Origin: a virus
Lineage: Duplodnaviria > Heunggongvirae > Uroviricota > Caudoviricetes
DNA length: 64,000 nt
IMG/VR virus record: IMGVR_UViG_3300019487_000021
Reading direction: 5' to 3' (one strand)
Shown here: in pieces, positions 29,075 to 39,287 of the stretch
Numbering within the stretch: the stretch's first letter is position 1
Layout: the number at the start of each line of letters is the position of its first letter
Translations under genes and position numbers: made by a program
The notes under the pieces: generated by a model
The model's database searches: none
What the model was told of the DNA's origin: nothing
Seen by the model: only the letters and a program-made list of their open reading frames with translations

Positions 29075-29566
29075 ATGACTGACAAGTTTCACGAGAGCTG
29101 GTTGAAACCAGAGTACAACGAAATTCACAACGCATGTTATGAGGCTGCTGAGCTAATGAAGGTTTTTGCTTGGCGGTTTGATCGAATCATCGCTATCCAA
29201 CGTGGTGGGATGCTTCCAGCGCTAATTCTTTCTCACCTGTTGAACGACATTCCTGTTACGGTGATCTCATATTCGTCAAAACATGGACAGGGCGATGACA
29301 AACAACACACAAACGAACTTCCTAAAGTGTTCTCCGAGGAGCGAGTGTTGATCGTTGATGATATTTGTGACAGTGGGAATACGTTGTATGAGGTCAAGTC
29401 ACACTGTGAATCAAATGGCCAATTTGCGTATGTTTTTGCTTTGTACTACAAACGCCGTGCAACACCGATTATCATTCCAGACTTCAAATGGCGCGTGATT
29501 CCAGAAGATGCTGGTTGGGTGAACTTTCCTTATGAACGTAACGAACGATTAAGTCACAATGTATAA
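29075..29566 (+). CDS. purine phosphoribosyltransferase-like (type I PRTase)
   Basis: PRPP motif VLIVDDICDSGNTL. Confidence 0.6.
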   Translation: MTDKFHESWLKPEYNEIHNACYEAAELMKVFAWRFDRIIAIQRGGMLPALILSHLLNDIPVTVISYSSKHGQGDDKQHTNELPKVFSEERVLIVDDICDSGNTLYEVKSHCESNGQFAYVFALYYKRRATPIIIPDFKWRVIPEDAGWVNFPYERNERLSHNV

Positions 29567-29762
29567 CTGGTGGCAAGCGCTCAAGGACTGGATTACAGGT
29601 GACCTCAAATGTGTAACGGAACAGGTTGCCGCCTCCCGTTTGGACATTTGTAAGAAGTGTGAAGCGTTTGATCCTCAGCTAAACATTTGTACAGTATGTG
29701 CATGTTACATGCCGATCAAAGTTAAGCTCGAGAAGGCTGAATGCCCAATGGAGAAATGGTAG
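29559..29762 (+). CDS. small Cys-rich protein
   Basis: CxxC...CxxC pattern. Confidence 0.4.
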   Translation: MYNWWQALKDWITGDLKCVTEQVAASRLDICKKCEAFDPQLNICTVCACYMPIKVKLEKAECPMEKW

Positions 29763-29828
29763 GTTGACCCTATTAGAATGTTGATGTAATATTCGTGTCC
29801 AGTGATTCCCGAAAAAGGAGATATCAAC

Positions 29829-30041
29829 ATGAGCAACGTCAATCTACCGCCGCACATTGTTGAAGAGATCGAAGAAGTGTTCGGTCCAGCAGGTGTGCAA
29901 GAAGCTGTTGAGAAGCTTAACGATTCGGTTTATGCATTGAGGGGACTCGAAGACGATGTTCTTCAGTATTTCAGTCTCCATCCGAGGGCGCCGATGGCAC
30001 TGTATGCACCACTGTACAATACCTCCGTGGCGATACACTGA
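29829..30041 (+). CDS. hypothetical protein
   Basis: RBS AAAGGAG. Confidence 0.4.
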   Translation: MSNVNLPPHIVEEIEEVFGPAGVQEAVEKLNDSVYALRGLEDDVLQYFSLHPRAPMALYAPLYNTSVAIH

Positions 30042-30448
30042 TGGCTAATATCTACCTTCCTCTCATCGAAGTCGTCCATGTTGATGGCTTCAACATTCCG
30101 CCTGTATGTTTCAATCTCACGCTTCGGTATGGTCTGATGAGCGTGTGGGCGAAAGACGATCCGGCTGGTTCGGAAGTCAGTTTTGCTCGGATTCCTAATG
30201 GCGATATCGTTGGTTGGTGCCTCATTGTTGAAAACGGTCCGCCAGTTTACAATATCGCTGTATACACTCGGGAAGATTACCGCCAGTGTGGGGTTGGAAG
30301 ACTTGTTCTTCGACACAATCTTTACCATTTGGCACAAAGAGCTCCTTGTGCTCAAGTATGGTACGGATCAACTCACTGCTATCCGTTCAATCCAGTGTTT
30401 GATCAAGAAATCAAATCTGTGGGTTTGGTCCCTGAACATCGATATTAG
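30041..30448 (+). CDS. GNAT-family acetyltransferase
   Basis: Motif A QCGVGRLVL. Confidence 0.55.
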   Translation: MANIYLPLIEVVHVDGFNIPPVCFNLTLRYGLMSVWAKDDPAGSEVSFARIPNGDIVGWCLIVENGPPVYNIAVYTREDYRQCGVGRLVLRHNLYHLAQRAPCAQVWYGSTHCYPFNPVFDQEIKSVGLVPEHRY

Positions 30449-30550
30449 GGTCCAACCAAAATGGATTCGGAGGGTAAGTTGACCTCTTTCGGCTTCTTAC
30501 GTAACCTAAGCTCAACTAACCTTTGTGGTTAGGGTAACTGGAGACATCTA

Positions 30551-31114
30551 ATGTCAAAGCACACAACTCTTTCATGGGCGCAGCGATTTGCTCTGATCGA
30601 AAAGTACAGTCCCACAGACGAGCAGATTTGCAACGTCTTTGGCCTGTCAAACGATGAGCTGAGCACCGCTCGTAGCCTGCATACAGCTGGTCGGTTTGGG
30701 AGCGATACGCAGTTCGATGCCGCTTCCTACGTCAATCCATTCAACGCAACAGCTTCTGCTAGTGCAGCGCCTGCGCAGAAGAAAGCTCGTAATAGCAAGG
30801 CGACTGTTCACACGAAGCCTGCTACAACTGATGGTACTCCGGAAACGGCAACCAGGCGCTCGAAGGTTCCTCAGAAGCGTGGCCGCAAAGGTGACAAGAT
30901 TCAACGCGCGCTGCTTGCTGTTCCAACTACTCCGATTTCTGTCGATCAGTTCTGTCAGGACCACAGCGTGTCAATCGCAGTTCTCCGTCAGTCTCGTCGC
31001 TTCATCAAGAAGATGGACAAAGTTGTTCGTGACCAGATCGGCGAGGTAAAAGTTCGTCAGGACAAGACCAGCAAACAGCTGATGATCTGGCGTGAGGTTG
31101 GTACAATCAACTAA
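30551..31114 (+). CDS. hypothetical protein
   Basis: ORF with Ala-rich linker. Confidence 0.45.
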   Translation: MSKHTTLSWAQRFALIEKYSPTDEQICNVFGLSNDELSTARSLHTAGRFGSDTQFDAASYVNPFNATASASAAPAQKKARNSKATVHTKPATTDGTPETATRRSKVPQKRGRKGDKIQRALLAVPTTPISVDQFCQDHSVSIAVLRQSRRFIKKMDKVVRDQIGEVKVRQDKTSKQLMIWREVGTIN

Positions 31115-31138
31115 AGTGGTAAGAACAAGGAGATTCAC

Positions 31139-31417
31139 ATGCTAGTACTTCAACTAATTGAATATGTGGCGATTGTGCTGTTTCTGGTTGTATTGGTTGT
31201 CGAGGTGATCTGGCCACTGTTTAACGATCGTCCTATCTTCCCGCACTTTACTAAGCAGCGCAAAATCGAAAATCAGATTTCTGCCACAAAGCAGGAACTG
31301 ATCTCTGCCGACATGGAAGTGGAACTTCGCGATCGACAGAACGAACTTGTTGCTCGTCGTGCAGAACTAACCCCACAAGCAGACCCGAAACCAACTCAAG
31401 GAGAACCAAATGCTTAA
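31139..31417 (+). CDS. small membrane protein (possible NfeD-like partner of the SPFH protein)
   Basis: N-terminal TM helix; overlaps the SPFH gene. Confidence 0.4.
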   Translation: MLVLQLIEYVAIVLFLVVLVVEVIWPLFNDRPIFPHFTKQRKIENQISATKQELISADMEVELRDRQNELVARRAELTPQADPKPTQGEPNA

Positions 31418-32633
31418 CTTGAATAAATTCGGCATCGTATCAATTGCGATTGCCACTCTCTCAGCTCTCTCGGCAATTATTTTGATTCCGAACTGCTGGG
31501 AAAACCTCGATGCCCATGAATTGATGGTCATCCAAAGTCCTGTTAGCGGTGAACTAACTGTTCACACCGATCCAGGTTGGAAGTGGCAAGGATTCGGTAA
31601 GGTCACCAAGTACCCACGTCGAGCACTATACGCTTTCATGGCTGTTGATGTTGCCAATCCTGGCACATCGAAGCGCTTGCGTTTCAACGATGGTGGACAC
31701 GCAAATCTGTCTGGCTCTGTATCGTGGGAAATGCCGCTCGATCCAGGCAGCATTGTTAACATTCACAAAACGTTCGGTAATGCAGAAGGTGTGGAGCAAC
31801 AAGCTGTAGCGAAGATGATCGACAGTGCCGTGTATCTCGCAGGTCCGCTGATGAGCTCAACCGAATCGTCTGGCGAACGTCGTTCTGAACTGGTTCAGTT
31901 CATCAACGATCAAGCAGAAAATGGCGTGTACGTGACACAAGTCCGTGAGAAGGAAGTCATCGATCCAATTACCAGCTCAAAGAAGACGGTTGCTGTGACT
32001 GAAATCGTCAAAGATGCTAACAGTGGATTGCCACGGCGTCAACAAGGCTCAATTTTGGCTGAGTTTAAAATCAAGTTGCTTCCAATGAGCATCACTGAAC
32101 TGAAGTATGACGAAGTTGTCGAAGGTCAGATCAAACAACGTCAAGAAGCTACCACACAGGTTCAGATCGCTCAGGCAAATGCCAAGCGAGCTGAGCAAGA
32201 TGCTATCACGATCGCGAAGCAGGGTGAAGCAGCAGCTGCGAAGACGAAGTGGGAACAGGAAGCTATCAAGGCCCAAAAGGTTACAGAAGCCCAACAGAAA
32301 CTGGAAGTTGCAACACTTGCTGCAAAGGAAGCTGAAATGTACAAGCGTGAACAGATTCTGCGTGGTGAAGGTGATGCAGAACGTAAGCGTCTTGTCATGA
32401 ATGCTGACGGTGCTTTGGAACCGAAGTTACAAGCTATGATCCAAATGAACAAGGATCAGTGGGCAGCTATCGCTACATACGGTGGTCAATGGGTTCCATC
32501 AGTTGTGATGGGCCAGAATGGCCCTAGCACAAATGGTGCTCAAACACTAGTTGATCTTCTGACGACGAAAACGGCTCGTGATCTTGGTCTTGACCTGACA
32601 GTCGGTGGCAAGGCAAACACAGCCAAGAAGTGA
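31410..32633 (+). CDS. SPFH/band-7 (stomatin/prohibitin/HflK-C-like) membrane protein
   Basis: N-terminal TM, SPFH core, long Ala/Glu/Lys coiled coil. Confidence 0.65.
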   Translation: MLNLNKFGIVSIAIATLSALSAIILIPNCWENLDAHELMVIQSPVSGELTVHTDPGWKWQGFGKVTKYPRRALYAFMAVDVANPGTSKRLRFNDGGHANLSGSVSWEMPLDPGSIVNIHKTFGNAEGVEQQAVAKMIDSAVYLAGPLMSSTESSGERRSELVQFINDQAENGVYVTQVREKEVIDPITSSKKTVAVTEIVKDANSGLPRRQQGSILAEFKIKLLPMSITELKYDEVVEGQIKQRQEATTQVQIAQANAKRAEQDAITIAKQGEAAAAKTKWEQEAIKAQKVTEAQQKLEVATLAAKEAEMYKREQILRGEGDAERKRLVMNADGALEPKLQAMIQMNKDQWAAIATYGGQWVPSVVMGQNGPSTNGAQTLVDLLTTKTARDLGLDLTVGGKANTAKK

Positions 32634-32691
32634 ACCACGCCTAGAGATTTGCTCTGACGGCGCCTACAACCAGCAACTCCGAACGTGCAGA

Positions 32692-32722
32692 AAGGGTGAG
32701 ACAAGCTCACCCTTTCTTTTGG
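32692..32722 (+). terminator. rho-independent terminator
   Basis: AAGGGTGAG-acaag-CTCACCCTT followed by TCTTTT. Confidence 0.6.
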
Positions 32723-33352
32723 GAGATTGTTTGGTTCTATCAATAAATGAAAGGAGCTAAAGGTGAAAAAACAAGGATGTGGTAAAAAGTACGGAGCAAT
32801 CAAAGAAGTCGATCAATACATCGTAAACAATTACGCTGCGTCACGCACAGTGAATGCAGCAAAACGATACGAAGTGCAAACAAAGACAGGAACAGTTAAG
32901 CGTTTCACTAAGCCCGAACTTTTGTGATTAGCAATATGTCAAAAGTTGTAACTATTGACCCTGCTCCTGCACCAGCGACTATAGTTGCTCACGGTCGAGC
33001 TTATACTCTACGAAAGTAAGGGCTTCGTTCAGTCCTTATGTGCGGTTCTCGCAAACAACAGTGAATGCTAACCCTGAAGGTCGGTTCGCTGCAACAGTAC
33101 GGTTGCACTACCCTTCTTTCCGAGCAAAACCCAATCTTCTGCAAATCCAGTTGAACTTGTAAAAACTAGTGCTACTGCAACAAGTAGTTTCTTCATTGTA
33201 CTCTCCTATTCGTTCCTATTTACAAGATGGTTGAGCAACGATAGGCATGAATGTATAATTTCAATATTGAACCAAGAAGGGGACTCTAATGCAGCGATAT
33301 TCAATGTCACAGTTGTTGGGACCAGCACACCTGTAACTAATCGAGGATATCT

Positions 33353-34168
33353 GTGGATCTCATCAACCCTGTAGAGTACGACGCCGTCGTAAACAAGTTA
33401 CGCACATTCTTTCGTGAGCGTTCATTCCTCGAAGTTCCTGTCCAGCACCGATTGAGTATCCTTGCGGCCTGTGAAGATCCACGAACCATCGGCACGTTCA
33501 GCTACGCAGGTGCGATGTGGCCGCTTCCACAGACTGGTCAGATGTGGTTAGAGTATGAACTACTTCACAATCCGTCCGCTAAAGGTTTTTACTGCATCAG
33601 CACCAGTTACCGCAATGAGCCAAATCCAATTCCTGGACGGCACGATTTGATCTTTCCGATGTTTGAATTCGAGACGCGAGGACAGCTAGAGGATCTCGAG
33701 CAACTTGAAATCGAACTGATCGCATATCTTGGTATTGCAAGACCCAGCGCCGTGCAGCGACTTGAGTATGCAAGAATTGCGGAATATTACAACACACAGA
33801 TTCTAACTGCTGAGCACGAGATCGAGATGCAGAGGGACTTTGGCCCTGCGATCTTACTCAAGAACTTCCCGCAGTACACGTCACCTTTCTGGAACATGCG
33901 AAAGGTCGGTGACAAAGCCAATAAGATTGACGTTCTACTGTACGGAATGGAAACAATCGGCTCTGCGGAGCGTAGTACCGACCCCGACGAGATGCGACAC
34001 TTGTTCCACACAATCTCCGATGGCATGTACGCAGACATTCTGTATTCACAGTTTGGCAAGGCACGGGTTGAGAAGGAACTCGAGGAATTTCTCTCGTTCG
34101 ACTTCTTCCCTAGATTCGGCGGTGGAATAGGTGTAACACGAATGATTCGTGCAATGAGGGCTGCTTGA
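33353..34168 (+). CDS. class II aminoacyl-tRNA-synthetase catalytic-core paralogue (EpmA/PoxA- or AsnA-like)
   Basis: Motif 2 YRNEPNPIPGRHDLIFPMFEFE; motif 3 FGGGIGVTRMIRAM; 271 aa with no anticodon-binding domain. Confidence 0.5.
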   Translation: MDLINPVEYDAVVNKLRTFFRERSFLEVPVQHRLSILAACEDPRTIGTFSYAGAMWPLPQTGQMWLEYELLHNPSAKGFYCISTSYRNEPNPIPGRHDLIFPMFEFETRGQLEDLEQLEIELIAYLGIARPSAVQRLEYARIAEYYNTQILTAEHEIEMQRDFGPAILLKNFPQYTSPFWNMRKVGDKANKIDVLLYGMETIGSAERSTDPDEMRHLFHTISDGMYADILYSQFGKARVEKELEEFLSFDFFPRFGGGIGVTRMIRAMRAA

Positions 34169-34330
34169 AATGGGCGCTGCTCGTGAAGGGTTTGATCTAT
34201 TCAACAAAAATGGACGACGAACATTTTGGAGCCATTTGAAGCGCGGTCGTTTCAACTCTTACGTATGGGGTGATACATTTAGTCAGCTGTGGTGTTGTAG
34301 GACACAATGTATACAATGCTGGTATAGCAG

Positions 34331-34558
34331 GTGAAAATGAACCCGGTGTGGTTGTTCGGACAGGTACTGGTACGTACACAACTCGAACAATTGCCGCATG
34401 TCGGCGCTGTCATCACTTCCTACTCAGACGTTGAACTTGGAGATTGTCCCATGTGTGCAGGCTACGGAGACGTAGCTGGCGGTCGCCGTAAATGCTATGA
34501 CTGTGATGGTACAGGGGAAGTTCAAGGTAAACAGTTCGAGTTGAACTTCCCTAAATAG
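34331..34558 (+). CDS. small DnaJ-type zinc-finger protein
   Basis: CPMCAGYG...CYDCDGTG. Confidence 0.45.
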   Translation: MKMNPVWLFGQVLVRTQLEQLPHVGAVITSYSDVELGDCPMCAGYGDVAGGRRKCYDCDGTGEVQGKQFELNFPK

Positions 34559-34644
34559 TGCTCTATGATTCAGCACTTGATGATTACGGAAGCAAGCTTC
34601 CCAGCTGAATAACCCCACTGATCATCCAACTATAGGAGCTAACT

Positions 34645-36153
34645 ATGTTTGGAATGAATTCCATAGTGGGTAAGAAATACTTCAAAGACGCACCGAAGGA
34701 TAGTCTGTTAGTCACATCTCGTTTTTTCACAATTCAAGGCGAGGGAATTTACCGCGGAATGCCGAGCTACTTCGTACGTTTAGCGAAATGCAATCTCGCA
34801 TGTTCATTCTGTTTTGTTGGCAACACAGAAATAGCAATGTCAAATAAACCACGCAAGAAAATCAAAGATGTCGTCGTTGGAGATGTTGTTGTCGCATATG
34901 ACGAAACAACTGGAACATTCGAGCCAGGAACCGTGTCACGTTTGTACCAATCTCAAACAGACGAACTCGTGTATATTCGCACAGCAACGGATCGAATCTA
35001 CTGCACGCCTGAACATCCGTTTTACGTTCGTGGTAAGGGTTGGATTAAAGCAATTGATTTACAACCGAGCGATGTTCTTCTACAAGCAGAATTTATTCAT
35101 AACGGTGAAATGGTCCATACCGTTGAGCGAATAGTGAAAGGCTCGGCTGCTTGGGTGCAACTTGCAGGATCAAAAGATGCTGCCTGTACAGTTTATAATT
35201 TTGAAGTTGATAAGTACCACAGCTATGTAGCGAACGGAAAGGTTGTACACAACTGCGACACGTACTTCGACTCTGGTGAGTATCAAACATACGACCAGAT
35301 CTTTGCCGACTGTGACAAAGAGATCGAAGCCTTCTATGCAAGGCGTAACATGAAAGTTCCAGCGTGGGCAAAGCATTGTGACGGATATTGGGAACCTACA
35401 GGAATAGATAATGCAATTGGCACTCCTCCAGAGGAATGGGTCGCTGAATCGAAACGTAAGGTTGTCCTAGTAATCACAGGCGGTGAACCAACACTTCAAA
35501 CGAACCTCACCGAATTCCTCGAACGAGCAAATAAGATTTTCTTTCACACACAAATCGAGAGTAACGGAACAGATCCTTTAACGTTACCAGATGCAACCAC
35601 GCTTGTGTGTTCACCAAAGTGTCTCGAGAAGAAGCAAGGCATGCAGAAAATCCCCGTGACGGCCTACTTCAGCGGCAACGATGAGCGTGGAGAAGGGATG
35701 TCAGGCCGGCCCTCATACGTTACGTACCACGAAGAGCCACGATACGTTGCCGTTCGATATCTTGAACCAAAGAAAGAGATGCTTGAACGTGCTGACTGTT
35801 TGAAGTTTGTTATGTGTGCTCCTGACGATGACCAAAGCCAGTTCACGCCATACAGTGAAGTTCCTCAGTGGGCACATGACTGGGCTGCAAACACTGGCAA
35901 GCCTGTGTTCGTATCGCCGATGAACATCTACCTGCAAGAGCCACAAAAGGCTAAGAACCTTCGTGCGCAAAAGCAGAGTGGTGAAATCACAATCGAAGAA
36001 CGGTCGACGGTCGACGAAGTCATTTCGTGGTGGGAAAACGATCTCCTTGATATGAAAAAGAATCACCGCAATCATGAATACGCAGCTGAATACTGCATGA
36101 GGCATGGATTTATCTTTCAAGTTCAACTACATTTGTTTGCGAGTCTTGCCTAA
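34645..36153 (+). CDS. queE: 7-carboxy-7-deazaguanine synthase QueE (radical SAM) interrupted by a mini-intein
   Basis: FTIQGEG, CNLACSF[intein]CDTYF, VLVITGGEPTL. Splicing would restore CNLACSFC (CxxxCxxC). Confidence 0.8.
   Translation: MFGMNSIVGKKYFKDAPKDSLLVTSRFFTIQGEGIYRGMPSYFVRLAKCNLACSFCFVGNTEIAMSNKPRKKIKDVVVGDVVVAYDETTGTFEPGTVSRLYQSQTDELVYIRTATDRIYCTPEHPFYVRGKGWIKAIDLQPSDVLLQAEFIHNGEMVHTVERIVKGSAAWVQLAGSKDAACTVYNFEVDKYHSYVANGKVVHNCDTYFDSGEYQTYDQIFADCDKEIEAFYARRNMKVPAWAKHCDGYWEPTGIDNAIGTPPEEWVAESKRKVVLVITGGEPTLQTNLTEFLERANKIFFHTQIESNGTDPLTLPDATTLVCSPKCLEKKQGMQKIPVTAYFSGNDERGEGMSGRPSYVTYHEEPRYVAVRYLEPKKEMLERADCLKFVMCAPDDDQSQFTPYSEVPQWAHDWAANTGKPVFVSPMNIYLQEPQKAKNLRAQKQSGEITIEERSTVDEVISWWENDLLDMKKNHRNHEYAAEYCMRHGFIFQVQLHLFASLA
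34810..35253 (+). mobile_element. mini-intein (148 aa, no endonuclease domain) in QueE
   Basis: Begins with Cys, block B TPEHPF, ends VVHN followed by a +1 Cys. Confidence 0.75.
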
Positions 36154-36155
36154 CA

Positions 36156-36682
36156 TGAAAATTGTTGCCAAGGCGCGAAACCGACGACTCGCCCGAGATG
36201 AGCGTAACTGGTATGAGTTTCTTAATGAGAACACGCTCCCGAGCGATTGTCAACTTGTGTCGGCAGTTAATGCTCATTACTATTTGACAGGAAAGAAAAT
36301 CAGACCGCTGTTCCCGCAGACCGAGGCGATGGAGCAGTACAACGAACTTGCTAAATTGGCAGGGTGCGAAGCAGGACCGGCAGTTTCGATTGAGAAAGTC
36401 TATGATAAACTTGGTTTGGTTGTGGTTCAAGCAGAACGACACATGTCATTTTGCGATTTGCCAGATGAACGACCCGTCGAGGCGACCATTTATCATCAGC
36501 GGTATGGTGCGCACTCCGTGCTGATTATCGACAAAGAACCGAAAACGGAAGCGGTGCAGGTTTTGAACTTCAAGTACGGAACAACAACGATGGGTTGGAT
36601 CTTTATGGAAGAATTCAGCATCTTTGCTCACCATCACGCATTGGCAATGTGGAAAGTATTTGATCTTCGTCGGACGCGTTAA
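36156..36682 (+). CDS. hypothetical protein
   Basis: ORF. Confidence 0.4.
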
Positions 36683-36712
36683 CTTCTGTACGGTGTGTAT
36701 TTGACTGCAAGT

Positions 36713-37102
36713 TTAACGTGACATCGACGTAGCGAGAAGTAAAGAAGTCACTCTTTCGTGATGTTGGCAAAAGAACAAGATCTGGACTGCCAGGCACTGG
36801 TTCACCACGGATCTTCTCTGGATCGACATCCCGATTACCTTCTTCTGCATCGGATCAACGACACCGATGAGTTTGACTTTAGATGTATCATGAACGAACC
36901 ATTGGTAGTTAGAGCCGCCAGGCATTGATTTCAAAAGCCCAAGTTGGGAAGCCTTTGCGTAGGCATTACTTAACTCTTGGCGCTGTTCTGCGTACAGTTC
37001 AGTCTTTGGAACAAAGTTCACTCTACTCAGTGCGGAGTACAGACTGTTAAAGTCTCCTGAATATGCGGTGGAGGATAGAGAGTTCATTTCTTTGAGTTTC
37101 AT
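36713..37102 (-). CDS. hypothetical protein
   Basis: Minus ORF, ATGA-coupled to the next gene. Confidence 0.4.
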   Translation of the reverse strand: MKLKEMNSLSSTAYSGDFNSLYSALSRVNFVPKTELYAEQRQELSNAYAKASQLGLLKSMPGGSNYQWFVHDTSKVKLIGVVDPMQKKVIGMSIQRRSVVNQCLAVQILFFCQHHERVTSLLLATSMSR

Positions 37103-37464
37103 CTATCACCTCGCGCCTCGGCAACAGTTCGATTTATTCGTTCTGTTACGTCTCTTAGTTGTCTTATCTTGGAGAAGTTCTCATACACATAGAAGTTACT
37201 CATCTTCACCAATTTGTCGTGTATGGATCTTGCACTGGCCTCTGGATTGCCATATGTATTCACTACCATCAACTTGATTTGTGGTGAAACACGGTCAACA
37301 TTGCCCCACGGAATACCTGTCGTATCCAAATACTCTTGTGTCATGGCGTTGTGGAGTTCATTAAACATAGTGTAAAGATGCTCAATCCGATGACACAACG
37401 CCCTACGTCGCTGTTCGGATCCATACTTGATAGCACTTTTCGGGTTGAGTAGCGTTCTATTCAT
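37099..37464 (-). CDS. hypothetical protein
   Basis: Minus ORF. Confidence 0.4.
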   Translation of the reverse strand: MNRTLLNPKSAIKYGSEQRRRALCHRIEHLYTMFNELHNAMTQEYLDTTGIPWGNVDRVSPQIKLMVVNTYGNPEASARSIHDKLVKMSNFYVYENFSKIRQLRDVTERINRTVAEARGDR

Positions 37465-37530
37465 GCGAATATTTACGCGTTGAAGAACCCTTTCAACAAA
37501 ATATATACTTCTACTATAAGGAGAAATTTA

Positions 37531-37626
37531 GTGGGACAGCAAAAGAAGCTAGTTTATCGTGCAGGACTGATTCCGTACGTTGTCGAAGGAGGCAATGTTC
37601 GGATGATGTTTATGCGTCCGTCGAAC
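37531..37626 (+). pseudogene. 5' fragment of a NUDIX gene (VGQQKKLVYRAGLIPYVVEGGNVRMMFMRPS)
   Basis: About 70% identical to the N-terminus of the NUDIX gene at 38452; lies on the other side of the GIY-YIG gene. Confidence 0.5.
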
Positions 37627-38423
37627 TAGATCGCTAAATACTTCCACACAAATCCGCCTGCAGTTTTAGAACGTCCTTTGCAACACTCTAAAAGAGTGTT
37701 TGGATGCTTATTAACACTTTTTGCTGCTTGCACCATCGATGGAAATGTTGCAACATAGACACCGTCTTTGGTGTATTGCAGCACCGGTCGAAAATTTTTA
37801 CCTTTGTGTGGATTTGTCCATGTTTTCTTCGTTGGATTCCAACTGTGCAGGGATACATCTTTCCATGTCCATCGAAATCCACTAACGGAGCGAATTTTAT
37901 TGTTGACACATCTAGAAAGAGAACCTGTGTCGATACCTTTAATTGTGTCTCGTACTTGTTGGAGAGTACTGAAGGAACACACATATTGTCCACTAAGAGT
38001 ATATTGGTCATATCCTCTCGAATGATTGATCTGTCGTCGTCGGCTTTGTTCTCGCCATTGTTCAGAACGAATGTGACCAGAAACTCCCTCACCCCCATCA
38101 GTCATGTTACATAGTATTCCTGTTTTGTTATCTCTTCGTCCATATCGTCTTATTAAAGCCTTTTCAATGTCAAAGGCTTGTTGTTCACTACGACACACGT
38201 AACGTTGTATGTGAACTTTGCCCGCAGTTCGAAGCACCTTTCTGATTTTATTCTTTAACAGTTGATTATTATGAGTTGTCGTTTCATATAGCCTATCATG
38301 ATACCAAACGTGTTGATACATTCGATCGCCTGTTCCCTTACCAACATAAAATGGTTGATTCATAGTTGGATCGATGAGTTTGTACACATAGAAGCGACGA
38401 GTTGAGGGTAACACAATATTCAT
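37626..38423 (-). CDS. GIY-YIG homing endonuclease with C-terminal NUMOD-like repeats
   Basis: YVYKLIDPTMNQPFYVGKGTGDR...R..Y...NMTDGGEG; GFRW and GFVWKY repeats. Confidence 0.8.
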   Translation of the reverse strand: MNIVLPSTRRFYVYKLIDPTMNQPFYVGKGTGDRMYQHVWYHDRLYETTTHNNQLLKNKIRKVLRTAGKVHIQRYVCRSEQQAFDIEKALIRRYGRRDNKTGILCNMTDGGEGVSGHIRSEQWREQSRRRQINHSRGYDQYTLSGQYVCSFSTLQQVRDTIKGIDTGSLSRCVNNKIRSVSGFRWTWKDVSLHSWNPTKKTWTNPHKGKNFRPVLQYTKDGVYVATFPSMVQAAKSVNKHPNTLLECCKGRSKTAGGFVWKYLAI

Positions 38424-38451
38424 ATATACTCCAGCTCGGAGGTATCTATTT

Positions 38452-38878
38452 ATGCAGAAAAAGTTAGTATATCGTGCTGGCTTAATTCCTTACTATGTGG
38501 AGTCAGATGGCACAATAATGATGATGTTCATGAAACCAAGCAACCCTCTTTATGGAGGTTTTTTTTTTAATTCAGCTAGCGAAAGGTAAGGTGGAAGAAG
38601 GTGAGACCAATCTTTCTGCAGCGTTACGCGAAGCGCAAGAAGAAATTGGCCTCTTCCGAGGCAATGTATTGCGAACGGAAGAGGTTGGGACATTCATGGG
38701 AAGAACAACCGTGTTTGTGTCGAAGATTCGAGACAAAGGTATGTTTGGAGAACCGAGTTTCGAAACTGCCGGAACCTGTTGGCTTTCTGCTGAAGAGTTT
38801 GATCAGATTGGTCGAGATTTGCACAGACCCGTCGTCAGGGCCGCCTACAAGAAAATAGTCGAGCTAGAAGATGAGTGA
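38452..38878 (+). CDS. NUDIX hydrolase interrupted by a +1 frame change in a T10 run (38558-38567)
   Basis: MQKKLVYRAGLIPYY..NPLYGGFFF in frame 1, then LAKGKVEEGETNLSAALREAQEEIGL (Nudix box) in frame 2. Confidence 0.55.
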
Positions 38879-39287
38879 GAACTTTCAGTTGTGTTTACCT
38901 GCAGAGGAACTGGAGTTCTACTTTCGTTTACGAATTCAACAAGTACTCATCGATGTGCGTGACGCACATCGTGACATAGCACAATCTCATCTACTACCAG
39001 TGTTTGCGAGCACTGTTGAAAACTTCGTTTCTCAAGCTATAAGCAACGGTGTAATTTCAGAAGGCCGGGTTGGCACGTTCCAGCTCGAACAAAAGAGATA
39101 TCATTACAGCAAGTTCACTTTTGATAATGGCTTCCACGTGTATAGTGGAAGCCATCAACACATGAGCGATGATTGGTCAACGAACGAGCCTCACAACTAC
39201 TTACAGGTTAAATACCGTATCCGAGAACATTTCCCGGAAGGTGAAATCACTTCAATACAGGATGGGAGTGGAATTACTAATGAGTGA
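38871..39287 (+). CDS. hypothetical protein
   Basis: ORF. Confidence 0.4.
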   Translation: MSENFQLCLPAEELEFYFRLRIQQVLIDVRDAHRDIAQSHLLPVFASTVENFVSQAISNGVISEGRVGTFQLEQKRYHYSKFTFDNGFHVYSGSHQHMSDDWSTNEPHNYLQVKYRIREHFPEGEITSIQDGSGITNE

